Part shown: one piece after another, positions 1 to 12,800 of the stretch
Layout of the letters: the number at the start of each line of letters is the position of its first letter
Numbering within the stretch: the first letter of the stretch is position 1
Source: Eledone cirrhosa
Lineage: Eukaryota
Assembly: GCA_964016885.1 (NCBI GenBank)
Contig: CAXHJY010000397.1
Coordinates: forward strand, 124,001 to 188,000
Length of the DNA stretch: 64,000 nucleotides
Direction of reading: 5' to 3'
The notes under the pieces: model-generated
What the model saw: the letters and a program-made list of their open reading frames with translations, nothing else
Databases searched by the model: none
What the model was told of the DNA's origin: nothing
Position numbers and translations under genes: made by a program

Positions 1-1559
1 TAGCTTAGGATAGCTTAGCTTAGGATAGCTTAGGATAGCTTAGCTTAGGAGAGCTTAGCTTAGGATAGCTTAGGATAGCTTAGCTTAGGATAGCTTAGGA
101 TAGCTTAGCTTAGGATAGCTTAGCTTAGGATAGCTTAGGATAGCTTAGCTTAGCTTAGCTTAGGATAGCTTAGCTTAGCTTAGCTTAGGATAGCTTAGCT
201 TAGCTTAGCTTAGGATAGCTTAGCTTAGCTTAGCTTAGGATAGCTTAGGATAGCTTAGCTTAGGATAGCTTAGGATAGCTTAGCTTAGGATAGCTTAGGA
301 TAGCTTAGGATAGCTTAGCTTAGCTTAGCTTAGGATAGCTTAGCTTAGCTTAGCTTAGGATAGCTTAGCTTAGCTTAGCTTAGGATAGCTTAGCTTAGCT
401 TAGGATAGCTTAGCTTAGCTTAGCTTAGGATAGCTTAGCTTAGCTTAGCTTAGGACAGCTTAGCTTAGCTTAGCTTAGGATAGCTTAGCTTAGCTTAGGA
501 TAGCTTAGCTTAGCTTAGCTTAGGATAGCTTAGCTTAGCTTAGCTTAGGATAGCTTAGCTTAGGATAGCTTAGCTTAGGATAGCTTAGCTTAGGTTAGCT
601 TAGCTTAGCTTAGCTTAGGATAGCTTAGGATAGCTTAGCTTAGGATAGCTTAGCTTAGCTTAGCTTAGGATAGCTTAGCTTAGCTTAGCTTAGGATAGCT
701 TAGCTTAGCTTAGCTTAGGATAGCTTAGCTTAGCTTAGCTTAGGATAGCTTAGCTTAGGATAGCTTAGGATAGCTTAGCTTAGCTTAGCTTAGGATAGCT
801 TAGCTTAGCTTAGCTTAGGATAGCTTAGCTTAGCTTAGGATAGCTTAGCTTAGCTTAGCTTAGGATAGCTTAGCTTAGCTTAGCTTAGGATAGCTTAGCT
901 TAGCTTAGCTTAGGATAGCTTAGGATAGCTTAGGATAGCTTAGCTTAGCTTAGCTTAGGATAGCTTAGCTTAGCTTAGCTTAGGATAGCTTAGCTTAGCT
1001 TAGCTTAGGATAGCTTAGCTTAGCTTAGGATAGCTTAGCTTAGCTTAGCTTAGGATAGCTTAGCTTAGCTTAGCTTAGGATAGCTTAGCTTAGCTTAGCT
1101 TAGGATAGCTTAGCTTAGCTTAGGATAGCTTAGCTTAGCTTAGCTTAGGATAGCTTAGCTTAGGATAGCTTAGGATAGCTTAGCTTAGGATAGCTTAGCT
1201 TAGGATAGCTTAGGATAGCTTAGCTTAGCTTAGCTTAGGATAGCTTAGCTTAGCTTAGCTTAGGATAGCTTAGCTTAGCTTAGGATAGCTTAGCTTAGCT
1301 TAGCTTAGGATAGCTTAGCTTAGCTTAGCTTAGGATAGCTTAGGATAGCTTAGCTTAGCTTAGCTTAGGATAGCTTAGCTTAGCTTAGCTTAGGATAGCT
1401 TAGCTTAGCTTAGCTTAGGATAGCTTAGCTTAGGATAGCTTAGCTTAGGATAGCTTAGCTTAGGTTAGCTTAGCTTAGCTTAGCTTAGGATAGCTTAGGA
1501 TAGCTTAGCTTAGGATAGCTTAGCTTAGCTTAGCTTAGGATAGCTTAGCTTAGCTTAGC

Positions 1560-4500
1560 TTAGGATAGCTTAGCTTAGGATAGCTTAGGATTGCTTAGCT
1601 TAGCTTAGCTTAGCTTAGGATAGCTTAGCTTAGCTTAGCTTAGGATAGCTTAGCTTAGCTTAGGATAGCTTAGCTTAGCTTAGCTTAGGATAGCTTAGCT
1701 TAGCTTAGCTTAGGATAGCTTAGCTTAGCTTAGCTTAGGATAGCTTAGGATAGCTTAGGATAGCTTAGCTTAGCTTAGCTTAGGATAGCTTAGCTTAGCT
1801 TAGGATAGCTTAGCTTAGCTTAGCTTAGGATAGCTTAGCTTAGCTTAGGATAGCTTAGCTTAGCTTAGCTTAGGATAGCTTAGCTTAGCTTAGCTTAGGA
1901 TAGCTTAGCTTAGCTTAGCTTAGGATAGCTTAGCTTAGCTTAGCTTAGGATAGCTTAGCTTAGCTTAGGATAGATTAGCTTAGCTTAGGATAGCTTAGCT
2001 TAGCTTAGCTTAGGAAAGCTTAGCTTAGCTTAGGATAGCTTAGCTTAGCTTAGCTTAGGAGAGCTTAGCTTAGCTTAGCTTAGGATAGCTTAGCTTAGCT
2101 TAGCTTAGGATAGCTTAGCTTAGCTTAGCTTAGGTAGCTTAGCTTAGCTTAGCTTAGGATAGCTTAGCTTAGCTTAGCTTAGCTTAGCTTAGGATAGCTT
2201 AGCTTAGCTTAGCTTAGGAGAGCTTAGCTTAGCTTAGCTTAGGATAGCTTAGGATAGCTTAGCTTAGGATAGCTTAGGATAGCTTACCTTAGGAGAGCTT
2301 AGCTTAGGATAGCTTAGCTTAGGATAGCTTAGGATAGCTTAGCTTAGGATAGCTTAGCTTAGGATAGCTTAGCTTAGGATAGCTTAGGATAGCTTAGCTT
2401 AGCTTAGCTTAGGATAGCTTAGCTTAGCTTAGCTTAGGATAGCTTAGCTTAGGTTAGCTTAGCTTAGCTTAGCTTAGCTTAGGATAGCTTAGCTTAGGAT
2501 AGCTTAGGATAGCTTAGGATAGCTTAGCTTAGGATAGCTTAGCTTAGGATAGCTTAGGATAGCTTAGCTTAGGATAGCTTAGGATAGCTTAGCTTAGGAT
2601 AGCTTAGCTTAGGATAGCTTAGGATAGCTTAGCTTAGCTTAGCTTAGGATAGCTTAGCTTAGCTTAGCTTAGGATAGCTTAGCTTAGCTTAGGATAGCTT
2701 AGCTTAGCTTAGCTTAGGATAGCTTAGGATAGCTTAGCTTAGGATAGCTTAGGATAGCTTAGCTTAGGATAGCTTAGGATAGCTTAGGATAGCTTAGCTT
2801 AGCTTAGCTTAGGATAGCTTAGCTTAGCTTAGCTTAGGATAGCTTAGCTTAGCTTAGCTTAGGATAGCTTAGCTTAGCTTAGGATAGCTTAGCTTAGCTT
2901 AGCTTAGGATAGCTTAGCTTAGCTTAGCTTAGGACAGCTTAGCTTAGCTTAGCTTAGGATAGCTTAGCTTAGCTTAGGATAGCTTAGCTTAGCTTAGCTT
3001 AGGATAGCTTAGCTTAGCTTAGCTTAGGATAGCTTAGCTTAGGATAGCTTAGCTTAGGATAGCTTAGCTTAGGTTAGCTTAGCTTAGCTTAGCTTAGGAT
3101 AGCTTAGGATAGCTTAGCTTAGGATAGCTTAGCTTAGCTTAGCTTAGCATAGCTTAGCTTAGCTTAGCTTAGGATAGCTTAGCTTAGCTTAGCTTAGGAT
3201 AGCTTAGCTTAGCTTAGCTTAGGATAGCTTAGCTTAGGATAGCTTAGGATAGCTTAGCTTAGCTTAGGATAGCTTAGCTTAGCTTAGCTTAGGATAGCTT
3301 AGCTTAGCTTAGGATAGCTTAGCTTAGCTTAGCTTAGGATAGCTTAGCTTAGCTTAGCTTAGGATAGCTTAGCTTAGGATAGCTTAGGATTGCTTAGCTT
3401 AGCTTAGCTTAGGATAGCTTAGCTTAGCTTAGCTTAGGATAGCTTAGCTTAGCTTAGGATAGCTTAGCTTAGCTTAGCTTAGGATAGCTTAGCTTAGCTT
3501 AGCTTAGGATAGCTTAGCTTAGCTTAGCTTAGGATAGCTTAGGATAGCTTAGGATAGCTTAGCTTAGCTTAGCTTAGGATAGCTTAGCTTAGCTTAGGAT
3601 AGCTTAGCTTAGCTTAGCTTAGGATAGCTTAGCTTAGCTTAGGATAGCTTAGCTTAGCTTAGCTTAGGATAGCTTAGCTTAGCTTAGCTTAGGATAGCTT
3701 AGCTTAGCTTAGCTTAGGATAGCTTAGCTTAGCTTAGCTTAGGATAGCTTAGCTTAGCTTAGGATAGATTAGCTTAGCTTAGGATAGCTTAGCTTAGCTT
3801 AGCTTAGGAAAGCTTAGCTTAGCTTAGGATAGCTTAGCTTAGCTTAGCTTAGGAGAGCTTAGCTTAGCTTAGCTTAGGATAGCTTAGCTTAGCTTAGCTT
3901 AGGATAGCTTAGCTTAGCTTAGCTTAGGTAGCTTAGCTTAGCTTAGCTTAGGATAGCTTAGCTTAGCTTAGCTTAGCTTAGGATAGCTTAGCTTAGCTTA
4001 GCTTAGGAGAGCTTAGCTTAGCTTAGCTTAGGATAGCTTAGGATAGCTTAGCTTAGGATAGCTTAGGATAGCTTACCTTAGGAGAGCTTAGCTTAGGATA
4101 GCTTAGCTTAGGATAGCTTAGGATAGCTTAGCTTAGGATAGCTTAGCTTAGGATAGCTTAGCTTAGGATAGCTTAGGATAGCTTAGCTTAGCTTAGCTTA
4201 GGATAGCTTAGCTTAGCTTAGCTTAGGATAGCTTAGCTTAGGTTAGCTTAGCTTAGCTTAGCTTAGCTTAGGATAGCTTAGCTTAGGATAGCTTAGGATA
4301 GCTTAGGATAGCTTAGCTTAGGATAGCTTAGCTTAGGATAGCTTAGGATAGCTTAGCTTAGGATAGCTTAGGATAGCTTAGCTTAGGATAGCTTAGCTTA
4401 GGATAGCTTAGGATAGCTTAGCTTAGCTTAGCTTAGGATAGCTTAGCTTAGCTTAGCTTAGGATAGCTTAGCTTAGCTTAGGATAGCTTAGCTTAGCTTA

Positions 4501-5160
4501 GCTTAGGATAGCTTAGGATAGCTTAGCTTAGGATAGCTTAGGATAGCTTAGCTTAGGATAGCTTAGGATAGCTTAGGATAGCTTAGCTTAGGATAGCTTA
4601 GCTTAGGATAGCTTAGGATAGCTTAGGATAGCTTAGCTTAGCTTAGCTTAGGATAGCTTAGCTTAGCTTAGGATAGCTTAGCTTAGCTTAGGATAGCTTA
4701 GCTTAGCTTAGGATAGCTTAGCTTAGCTTAGCTTAGGATAGCTTAGCTTAGCTTAGCTTAGGACAGCTTAGCTTAGCTTAGCTTAGGATAGCTTAGCTTA
4801 GCTTAGGATAGCTTAGCTTAGCTTAGCTTAGGATAGCTTAGCTTAGCTTAGCTTAGGATAGCTTAGCTTAGGATAGCTTAGCTTAGGATAGCTTAGCTTA
4901 GGTTAGCTTAGCTTAGCTTAGCTTAGGATAGCTTAGGATAGCTTAGCTTAGGATAGCTTAGCTTAGCTTAGCTTAGCATAGCTTAGCTTAGCTTAGCTTA
5001 GGATAGCTTAGCTTAGCTTAGCTTAGGATAGCTTAGCTTAGCTTAGCTTAGGATAGCTTAGCTTAGGATAGCTTAGGATAGCTTAGCTTAGCTTAGGATA
5101 GCTTAGCTTAGCTTAGCTTAGGATAGCTTAGCTTAGCTTAGGATAGCTTAGCTTAGCTTA
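1560..5160 (+). repeat. About 1.8 kb local tandem duplication (two copies)
   Basis: Paired markers: TTGCT 1591/3390, TAGG 2131/3925, TACCT 2285/4074, CAGCT 2935/4764, TAGCA 3145/4974 (offsets 1789-1829). Confidence 0.8.
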
Positions 5161-6844
5161 GCTTAGGATAGCTTAGCTTAGCTTAGCTTAGGATAGCTTA
5201 GCTTAGCTTAGCTTAGGATAGCTTAGGATAGCTTAGGATAGCTTAGCTTAGCTTAGCTTAGGATAGCTTAGCTTAGCTTAGCTTAGGATAGCTTAGCTTA
5301 GCTTAGCTTAGGATAGCTTAGCTTAGCTTAGGATAGCTTAGCTTAGCTTAGCTTAGGATAGCTTAGCTTAGCTTAGCTTAGGATAGCTTAGCTTAGCTTA
5401 GCTTAGGATAGATTAGCTTAGCTTAGGATAGCTTAGCTTAGCTTAGCTTAGGAAAGCTTAGCTTAGCTTAGGATAGCTTAGCTTTGCTTAGCTTAGGATA
5501 GCTTAGGATAGCTTAGCTTAGGATAGCTTAGGATAGCTTAGCTTAGGATAGCTTAGGATAGCTTAGGTTAGGATAGCTTAGCTTAGGATAGCTTAGGATA
5601 GCTTAGCTTAGGATAGCTTAGGATAGCTTAGCTTAGGATAGCTTAGGATAGCTTAGCTTAGGATAGCTTAGCTTAGGATAGCTTAGGAAAGCTTAGCTTA
5701 GCTTAGCTTAGGATAGCTTAGCTTAGCTTAGCTTAGGATAGCTTAGCTTAGCTTAGCTTAGGATAGCTTAGGATAGCTTAGCTTAGGATAGCTTAGGATA
5801 GCTTAGCTTAGGATAGCTTAGCTTATGATAGCTTAGGATAGCTTAGCTTAGGATAGCTTAGGATAGCTTAGCTTAGGATAGCTTAGCTTAGGATAGCTTA
5901 GGATAGCTTAGCTTAGCTTAGCTTAGGATAGCTTAGCTTAGCTTAGCTTAGGATAGCTTAGCTTAGCTTAGCTTAGGATAGCTTAGCTTAGCTTAGGATA
6001 GCTTAGGATAGCTTAGCTTAGGATAGCTTAGGATAGCTTAGCTTAGGATAGCTTAGGATAGCTTAGCTTAGGATAGCTTAGGATAGCTTAGCTTAGGATA
6101 GCTTAGCTTAGGATAGCTTAGCTTAGCTTAGCTTAGGATAGCTTAGCTTAGGATAGCTTAGGATAGCTTAGCTTAGGATAGCTTAGCTTAGGATAGCTTA
6201 GGATAGCTTAGCTTAGCTTAGCTTAGGATAGCTTAGCTTAGCTTAGCTTAGGATAGCTTAGCTTAGCTTAGCTTAGGATAGCTTAGCTTAGCTTAGCTTA
6301 GGATAGCTTAGGATAGCTTAGCTTAGCTTAGCTTAGCTTAGGATAGCTTAGCTTAGCTTAGCTTAGGATAGCTTAGCTTAGCTTAGCTTAGGATAGCTTA
6401 GCTTAGCTTAGCTTAGGATAGCTTAGCTTAGATTAGCTTAGGATAGCTTAGCTTAGCTTAGCTTAGGATAGCTTAGGTTAGCTTAGGATAGCTTAGCTTA
6501 GGATAGCTTAGCTTAGGATAGCTTAGCTTAGGTTAGCTTAGCTTAGCTTAGGATAGCTTAGGATAGCTTAGCTTAGGATAGCTTAGCTTAGCTTAGGATA
6601 GCTTAGCTTAGCTTAGGATAGCTTAGCTTAGCTTAGCTTAGCTTAGGATAGCTTAGCTTAGGATAGCTTAGGATAGCTTAGCTTAGCTTAGGATAGCTTA
6701 GCTTAGCTTAGCTTAGGATAGCTTAGCTTAGCTTAGCTTAGGATAGCTTAGGATAGCTTAGCTTAGCTTAGGATAGCTTAGCTTAGCTTAGCTTAGGATA
6801 GCTTAGCTTAGCTTAGCTTAGGATAGCTTAGCTTAGCTTAGGAT

Positions 6845-9800
6845 AGCTTAGCTTAGCTTAGCTTAGCTTAGGATAGCTTAGCTTAGCTTAGCTTAGGATA
6901 GCTTAGCTTAGCTTAGGATAGCTTAGCTTAGCTTAGCTTAGGATAGCTTAGCTTAGCTTAGCTTAGGATAGCTTAGCTTAGCTTAGCTTAGGATAGCTTA
7001 GCTTAGCTTAGCTTAGGATAGCTTAGCTTAGCTTAGGATAGCTTAGCTTAGCTTAGGATAGCTTAGCTTAGCTTAGCTTAGCTTAGCTTAGGATAGCTTA
7101 GCTTAGCTTAGCTTAGGATAGCTTAGCTTAGCTTAGCTTAGGATAGCTTAGCTTAGCTTAGCTTAGGATAGCTTAGCTTAGCTTAGGATAGCTTAGCTTA
7201 GCTTAGCTTAGGATAGCTTAGCTTAGCTGAGCTTAGGATAGCTTAGGATAGCTTAGCTTAGGATAGCTTAGGATAGCTTACCTTAGGAGAGCTTAGCTTA
7301 GGAAAGCTTAGCTTAGGATAGCTTAGGATAGCTTAGCTTAGGATAGCTTAGCTTAGGATAGCTTAGCTTAGGATAGCTTAGGATAGCTTAGCTTAGCTTA
7401 GCTTAGGATAGCTTAGCTTAGCTTAGCTTAGGATAGCTTAGCTTAGCTTAGCTTAGGATAGATTAGCTTAGCTTAGGATAGCTTAGCTTAGCTTAGCTTA
7501 GGAAAGCTTAGCTTAGCTTAGGATAGCTTAGTTTAGCTTAGCTTAGGAGAGCTTAGCTTAGCTTAGCTTAGGATAGCTTAGCTTAGCTTAGCTTAGGATA
7601 GCTTAGCTTAGCTTAGCTTAGGTAGCTTAGCTTAGCTTAGCTTAGGATAGCTTAGCTTAGCTTAGCTTAGCTTAGGTTAGCTTAGCTTAGCTTAGGAGAG
7701 CTTAGCTTAGCTTAGCTTAGGATAGCTTAGGATAGCTTAGCTTAGGATAGCTTAGGATAGCTTACCTTAGGAGAGCTTAGCTTAGGATAGCTTAGCTTAG
7801 GATAGCTTAGGATAGCTTAGCTTAGGATAGCTTAGCTTAGGATAGCTTAGCTTAGGATAGCTTAGGATAGCTTAGCTTAGCTTAGCTTAGGATAGCTTAG
7901 CTTAGCTTAGCTTAGGATAGCTTAGCTTAGGTTAGCTTAGCTTAGCTTAGCTTAGCTTAGGATAGCTTAGCTTAGGATAGCTTAGGATAGCTTAGCTTAG
8001 GATAGCTTAGGATAGCTTAGCTTAGGAGAGCTTAGCTTAGGATAGCTTAGGATAGCTTAGCTTAGGATAGCTTAGGATAGCTTAGCTTAGGATAGCTTAG
8101 CTTAGGATAGCTTAGGATAGCTTAGCTTAGCTTAGGATAGCTTAGCTTAGCTTAGCTTAGGATAGCTTAGCTTAGCTTAGCTTAGGATAGCTTAGCTTAG
8201 CTTAGCTTAGGATAGCTTAGGATAGCTTAGCTTAGGATAGCTTAGGATAGCTTAGCTTAGGATAGCTTAGGATAGCTTAGGATAGCTTAGCTTAGCTTAG
8301 CTTAGGATAGCTTAGCTTAGCTTAGCTTAGGATAGCTTAGCTTAGCTTAGCTTAGGATAGCTTAGCTTAGCTTAGGATAGCTTAGCTTAGCTTAGCTTAG
8401 GATAGCTTAGCTTAGCTTAGCTTAGGACAGCTTAGCTTAGCTTAGCTTAGGATAGCTTAGCTTAGCTTAGGATAGCTTAGCTTAGCTTAGCTTAGGATAG
8501 CTTAGCTTAGCTTAGCTTAGGATAGCTTAGCTTAGGATAGCTTAGCTTAGGATAGCTTAGCTTAGGTTAGCTTAGCTTAGCTTAGCTTAGGATAGCTTAG
8601 GATAGCTTAGCTTAGGATAGCTTAGCTTAGCTTAGCTTAGGATAGCTTAGCTTAGCTTAGCTTAGGATAGCTTAGCTTAGCTTAGCTTAGGATAGCTTAG
8701 CTTAGCTTAGCTTAGGATAGCTTAGCTTAGGATAGCTTAGGATAGCTTAGCTTAGCTTAGCTTAGGGTAGCTTAGCTTAGCTTAGCTTAGGATAGCTTAG
8801 CTTAGCTTAGGATAGCTTAGCTTAGCTTAGCTTAGGATAGCTTAGCTTAGCTTAGCTTAGGATAGCTTAGCTTAGCTTAGCTTAGGATAGCTTAGGATAG
8901 CTTAGGATAGCTTAGCTTAGCTTAGCTTAGGATAGCTTAGCTTAGCTTAGCTTAGGATAGCTTAGCTTAGCTTAGCTTAGGATAGCTTAGCTTAGCTTAG
9001 GATAGCTTAGCTTAGCTTAGCTTAGGATAGCTTAGCTTAGCTTAGGATAGCTTAGCTTAGCTTAGCTTAGGATAGCTTAGCTTAGCTTAGGATAGCTTAG
9101 CTTAGCTTAGCTTAGGATAGCTTAGCTTAGGATAGCTTAGGATAGCTTAGCTTAGGATAGCTTAGCTTAGGATAGCTTAGGATAGCTTAGCTTAGCTTAG
9201 CTTAGGATAGCTTAGCTTAGCTTAGGATAGCTTAGCTTAGCTTAGCTTAGGATAGCTTAGCTTAGCTTAGCTTAGGATAGCTTAGCTTAGCTTAGGATAG
9301 CTTAGCTTAGCTTAGCTTAGGATAGCTTAGCTTAGCTTAGCTTAGGATAGCTTAGCTTAGCTTAGCTTAGGATAGCTTAGCTTAGGATAGCTTAGCTTAG
9401 GATAGCTTAGCTTAGGTTAGCTTAGCTTAGCTTAGCTTAGGATAGCTTAGGATAGCTTAGCTTAGGATAGCTTAGCTTAGCTTAGCTTAGGATAGCTTAG
9501 CTTAGCTTAGCTTAGGATAGCTTAGCTTAGGATAGCTTAGGATTGCTTAGCTTAGCTTAGCTTAGGATAGCTTAGCTTAGCTTAGCTTAGGATAGCTTAG
9601 CTTAGCTTAGGATAGCTTAGCTTAGCTTAACTTAGGATAGCTTAGCTTAGCTTAGCTTAGGATAGCTTAGCTTAGCTTAGCTTAGGATAGCTTAGCTTAG
9701 CTTAGCTTAGGATAGCTTAGCTTAGCTTAGGATAGCTTAGCTTAGCTTAGCTTAGGATAGCTTAGCTTAGCTTAGGATAGCTTAGCTTAGCTTAGCTTAG

Positions 9801-12800
9801 GATAGCTTAGCTTAGCTTAGCTTAGGATAGCTTAGCTTAGCTTAGCTTAGGATAGCTTAGCTTAGCTTAGCTTAGGATAGCTTAGCTTAGCTTAGCTTAG
9901 GATAGATTAGCTTAGCTTAGGATAGCTTAGCTTAGCTTAGCTTAGGAAAGCTTAGCTTAGCTTAGGATAGCTTAGCTTAGCTTAGCTTAGGAGAGCTTAG
10001 CTTAGCTTAGCTTAGGATAGCTTAGCTTAGCTTAGCTTAGGATAGCTTAGCTTAGCTTAGGTAGCTTAGCTTAGCTTAGCTTAGGATAGCTTAGCTTAGC
10101 TTAGCTTAGCTTAGGATAGCTTAGCTTAGCTTAGCTTAGGAGACCTTAGCTTAGCTTAGCTTAGGATAGCTTAGGATAGCTTAGCTTAGGATAGCTTAGG
10201 ATAGCTTACCTTAGGAGAGCTTAGCTTAGGATAGCTTAGCTTAGGATAGCTTAGGATAGCTTAGCTTAGGATAGCTTAGCTTAGGATAGCTTAGCTTAGG
10301 ATAGCTTAGGATAGCTTAGCTTAGCTTAGGATAGCTTAGCTTAGCTTAGCTTAGGATAGCTTAGCTTAGGTTAGCTTAGCTTAGCTTAGCTTAGCTTAGG
10401 ATAGCTTAGCTTAGGATAGCTTAGGATAGCTTAGGATAGCTTAGCTTAGGATAGCTTAGCTTAGGATAGCTTAGGATAGCTTAGCTTAGGATAGCTTAGG
10501 ATAGCTTAGCTTAGGATAGCTTAGCTTAGGATAGCTTAGGATAGCTTAGCTTAGCTTAGCTTAGGATAGCTTAGATTAGCTTAGCTTAGGATAGCTTAGC
10601 TTAGCTTCGCTTAGGATAGCTTAGCTTAGCTTAGCTTAGGATAGCTTAGCTTAGCTTAGGATAGCTTAGCTTAGCTTAGGATAGCTTAGCTTAGCTTAGC
10701 TTAGGATAGCTTAGCTTAGCTTAGCTTAGGATAGCTTAGCTTAGCTTAGCTTAGGATAGCTTAGCTTAGCTTAGCTTAGGATAGCTTAGCTTAGCTTAGC
10801 TTAGGATAGCTTAGCTTAGCTTAGCTTAGGATAGCTTAGCTTAGCTTAGCTCAGGATAGCTTAGCTTAGGATAGCTTATCTTAGCTTAGCTTAGGATAGC
10901 TTAGCTTAGCTTAGCTTAGGATAGCTTAGCTTAGCTTAGCTTAGGATAGCTTAGCTTAGCTTGGCTTAGGATAGCTTAGCTTAGCTTAGCTTAGGATAGC
11001 CTAGCTTAGCTTAGCTTAGGATGGCTTAGCTTAGCTTAGCTTAGGATAGCTTAGCTTAGCTTAGCATAGGATAGCTTAGCTTAGTTTAGGATAGCTTAGC
11101 TTAGCTAAGCTTAGCTTAGGATAGCTTAGGATAGCTTAGCTTAGGATAGCTTAGGATAGCTTAGCTTAGGATAGCTTAGCTTAGGATAGCTTAGCTTAGG
11201 ATAGCTTAGGATAGCTTAGCTTAGGATAGCTTAGGATAGCTTAGCTTAGGATAGCTTAGGATAGCTTAGCTTAGGATAGCTTAGCTTAGGATAGCTTAGG
11301 AAAGCTTAGCTTAGCTTAGCTTAGGATAGCTTAGCTTAGCTTAGCTTAGGATAGCTTAGCTTAGCTTAGCTTAGGATAGCTTAGCTTAGCTTAGCTTAGC
11401 TTAGGATAGCTTAGCTTAGCTTAGCTTAGGATAGCTTAGGATAGCTTAGCTTAGGATAGTTTAGGATAGCTTAGGATAGCTTAGCTTAGGATAGCTTAGG
11501 ATAGCTTAGCTTAGGATAGCTTAGCTTAGGATAGCTTAGCTTAGCTTAGCTTAGGATAGCTTAGCTTAGGATAGCTTAGGATAGCTTAGCTTAGGATAGC
11601 TTAGCTTAGGATAGCTTAGGATAGCTTAGCTTAGCTTAGCTTAGCTTAGCTTAGCTTAGGATAGCTTAGCTTAGCTTAGCTTAGGATAGCTTAGCTTAGC
11701 TTAGGATAGCTTAGCTTAGCTTAGCTTAGGTAGCTTAGCTTAGCTTAGCTTAGGATAGCTTAGCTTAGCTTAGCTTAGGATAGCTTAGCTTAGCTTAGCT
11801 TAGGATAGCTTAGCTTAGCTTAGCTTAGGATAGCTTAGCTTAGCTTAGCTTAGGATAGCTTAGCTTAGCTTAGGTTAGCTTAGCTTAGGATAGCTTAGTT
11901 TAGGTTAGCTTAGCTTAGCTTAGCTTAGCATAGCTTAGGATAGCTTAGCTTAGGATAGCTTAGCTTAGCTTAGCTTAGGATAGCTTAGCTTAGCTTAGCT
12001 TAGGATAGCTTAGCTTAGCTTAGCTTAGGATAGCTTAGCTTAGGATAGCTTAGGATAGCTTAGCTTAGCTTAGCTTAGGATAGCTTAGCTTAGCTTAGGA
12101 TAGCTTAGCTTAGCTTAGCTTAGGATAGCTTAGCTTAGCTTAGCTTAGGATAGCTTAGCTTAGCTTTGCTTAGGATAGCTTAGCTTAGCTTAGCTTAGGA
12201 TAGCTTAGCTTAGCTTAGCTTAGGATAGCTTAGCTTAGCTTAGCTTAGGATAGCTTAGCTTAGCTTAGCTTAGGATAGCTTAGCTTAGCTTAGCTTAGGA
12301 TAGCTTAGCTTAGCTTAGCTTAGGATCGCTTAGCTTAGCTTAGCTTAGGATAGCTTAGCTTAGCTTAGGATAGCTTAGCTTAGCTTAGCTTAGGATAGCT
12401 TAGCTTAGCTTAGGATAGCTTAGGATAGCTTAGCTTAGGAGAGCTTAGCTTAGCTTAGCTTAGGATAGCTTAGCTTAGCTTAGCTTAGGATAGCTTAGCT
12501 TAACTTAGCTTAGGATAGCTTAGCTTAGCTTAGGATAGCTTAGCTTAGCTTAGCTTAGGATAGCTTAGCTTAGCTTAGCTTAGGATAGCTTAGCTTAGCT
12601 TAGCTTAGGATAGCTTAGGATAGCTTAGCTTAGGATAGCTTAGGATAGCTTACCTTAGGAGAGCTTAGCTTAGGATAGCTTAGCTTAGGATAGCTTAGGA
12701 TAGCTTAGCTTAGGATAGCTTAGCTTAGGATAGCTTAGCTTAGGATAGCTTAGGATAGCTTAGCTTAGCTTAGCTTAGGATAGCTTAGCTTAGCTTAGCT

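Noticed and set aside
1-140. Fibonacci-like run-length series 1,2,1,2,2,1,2,1,2,2,1
   Set aside because: Short, not maintained in other B-rich blocks, and simply explained by duplications of 25-bp ABAAB and 15-bp AAB units.
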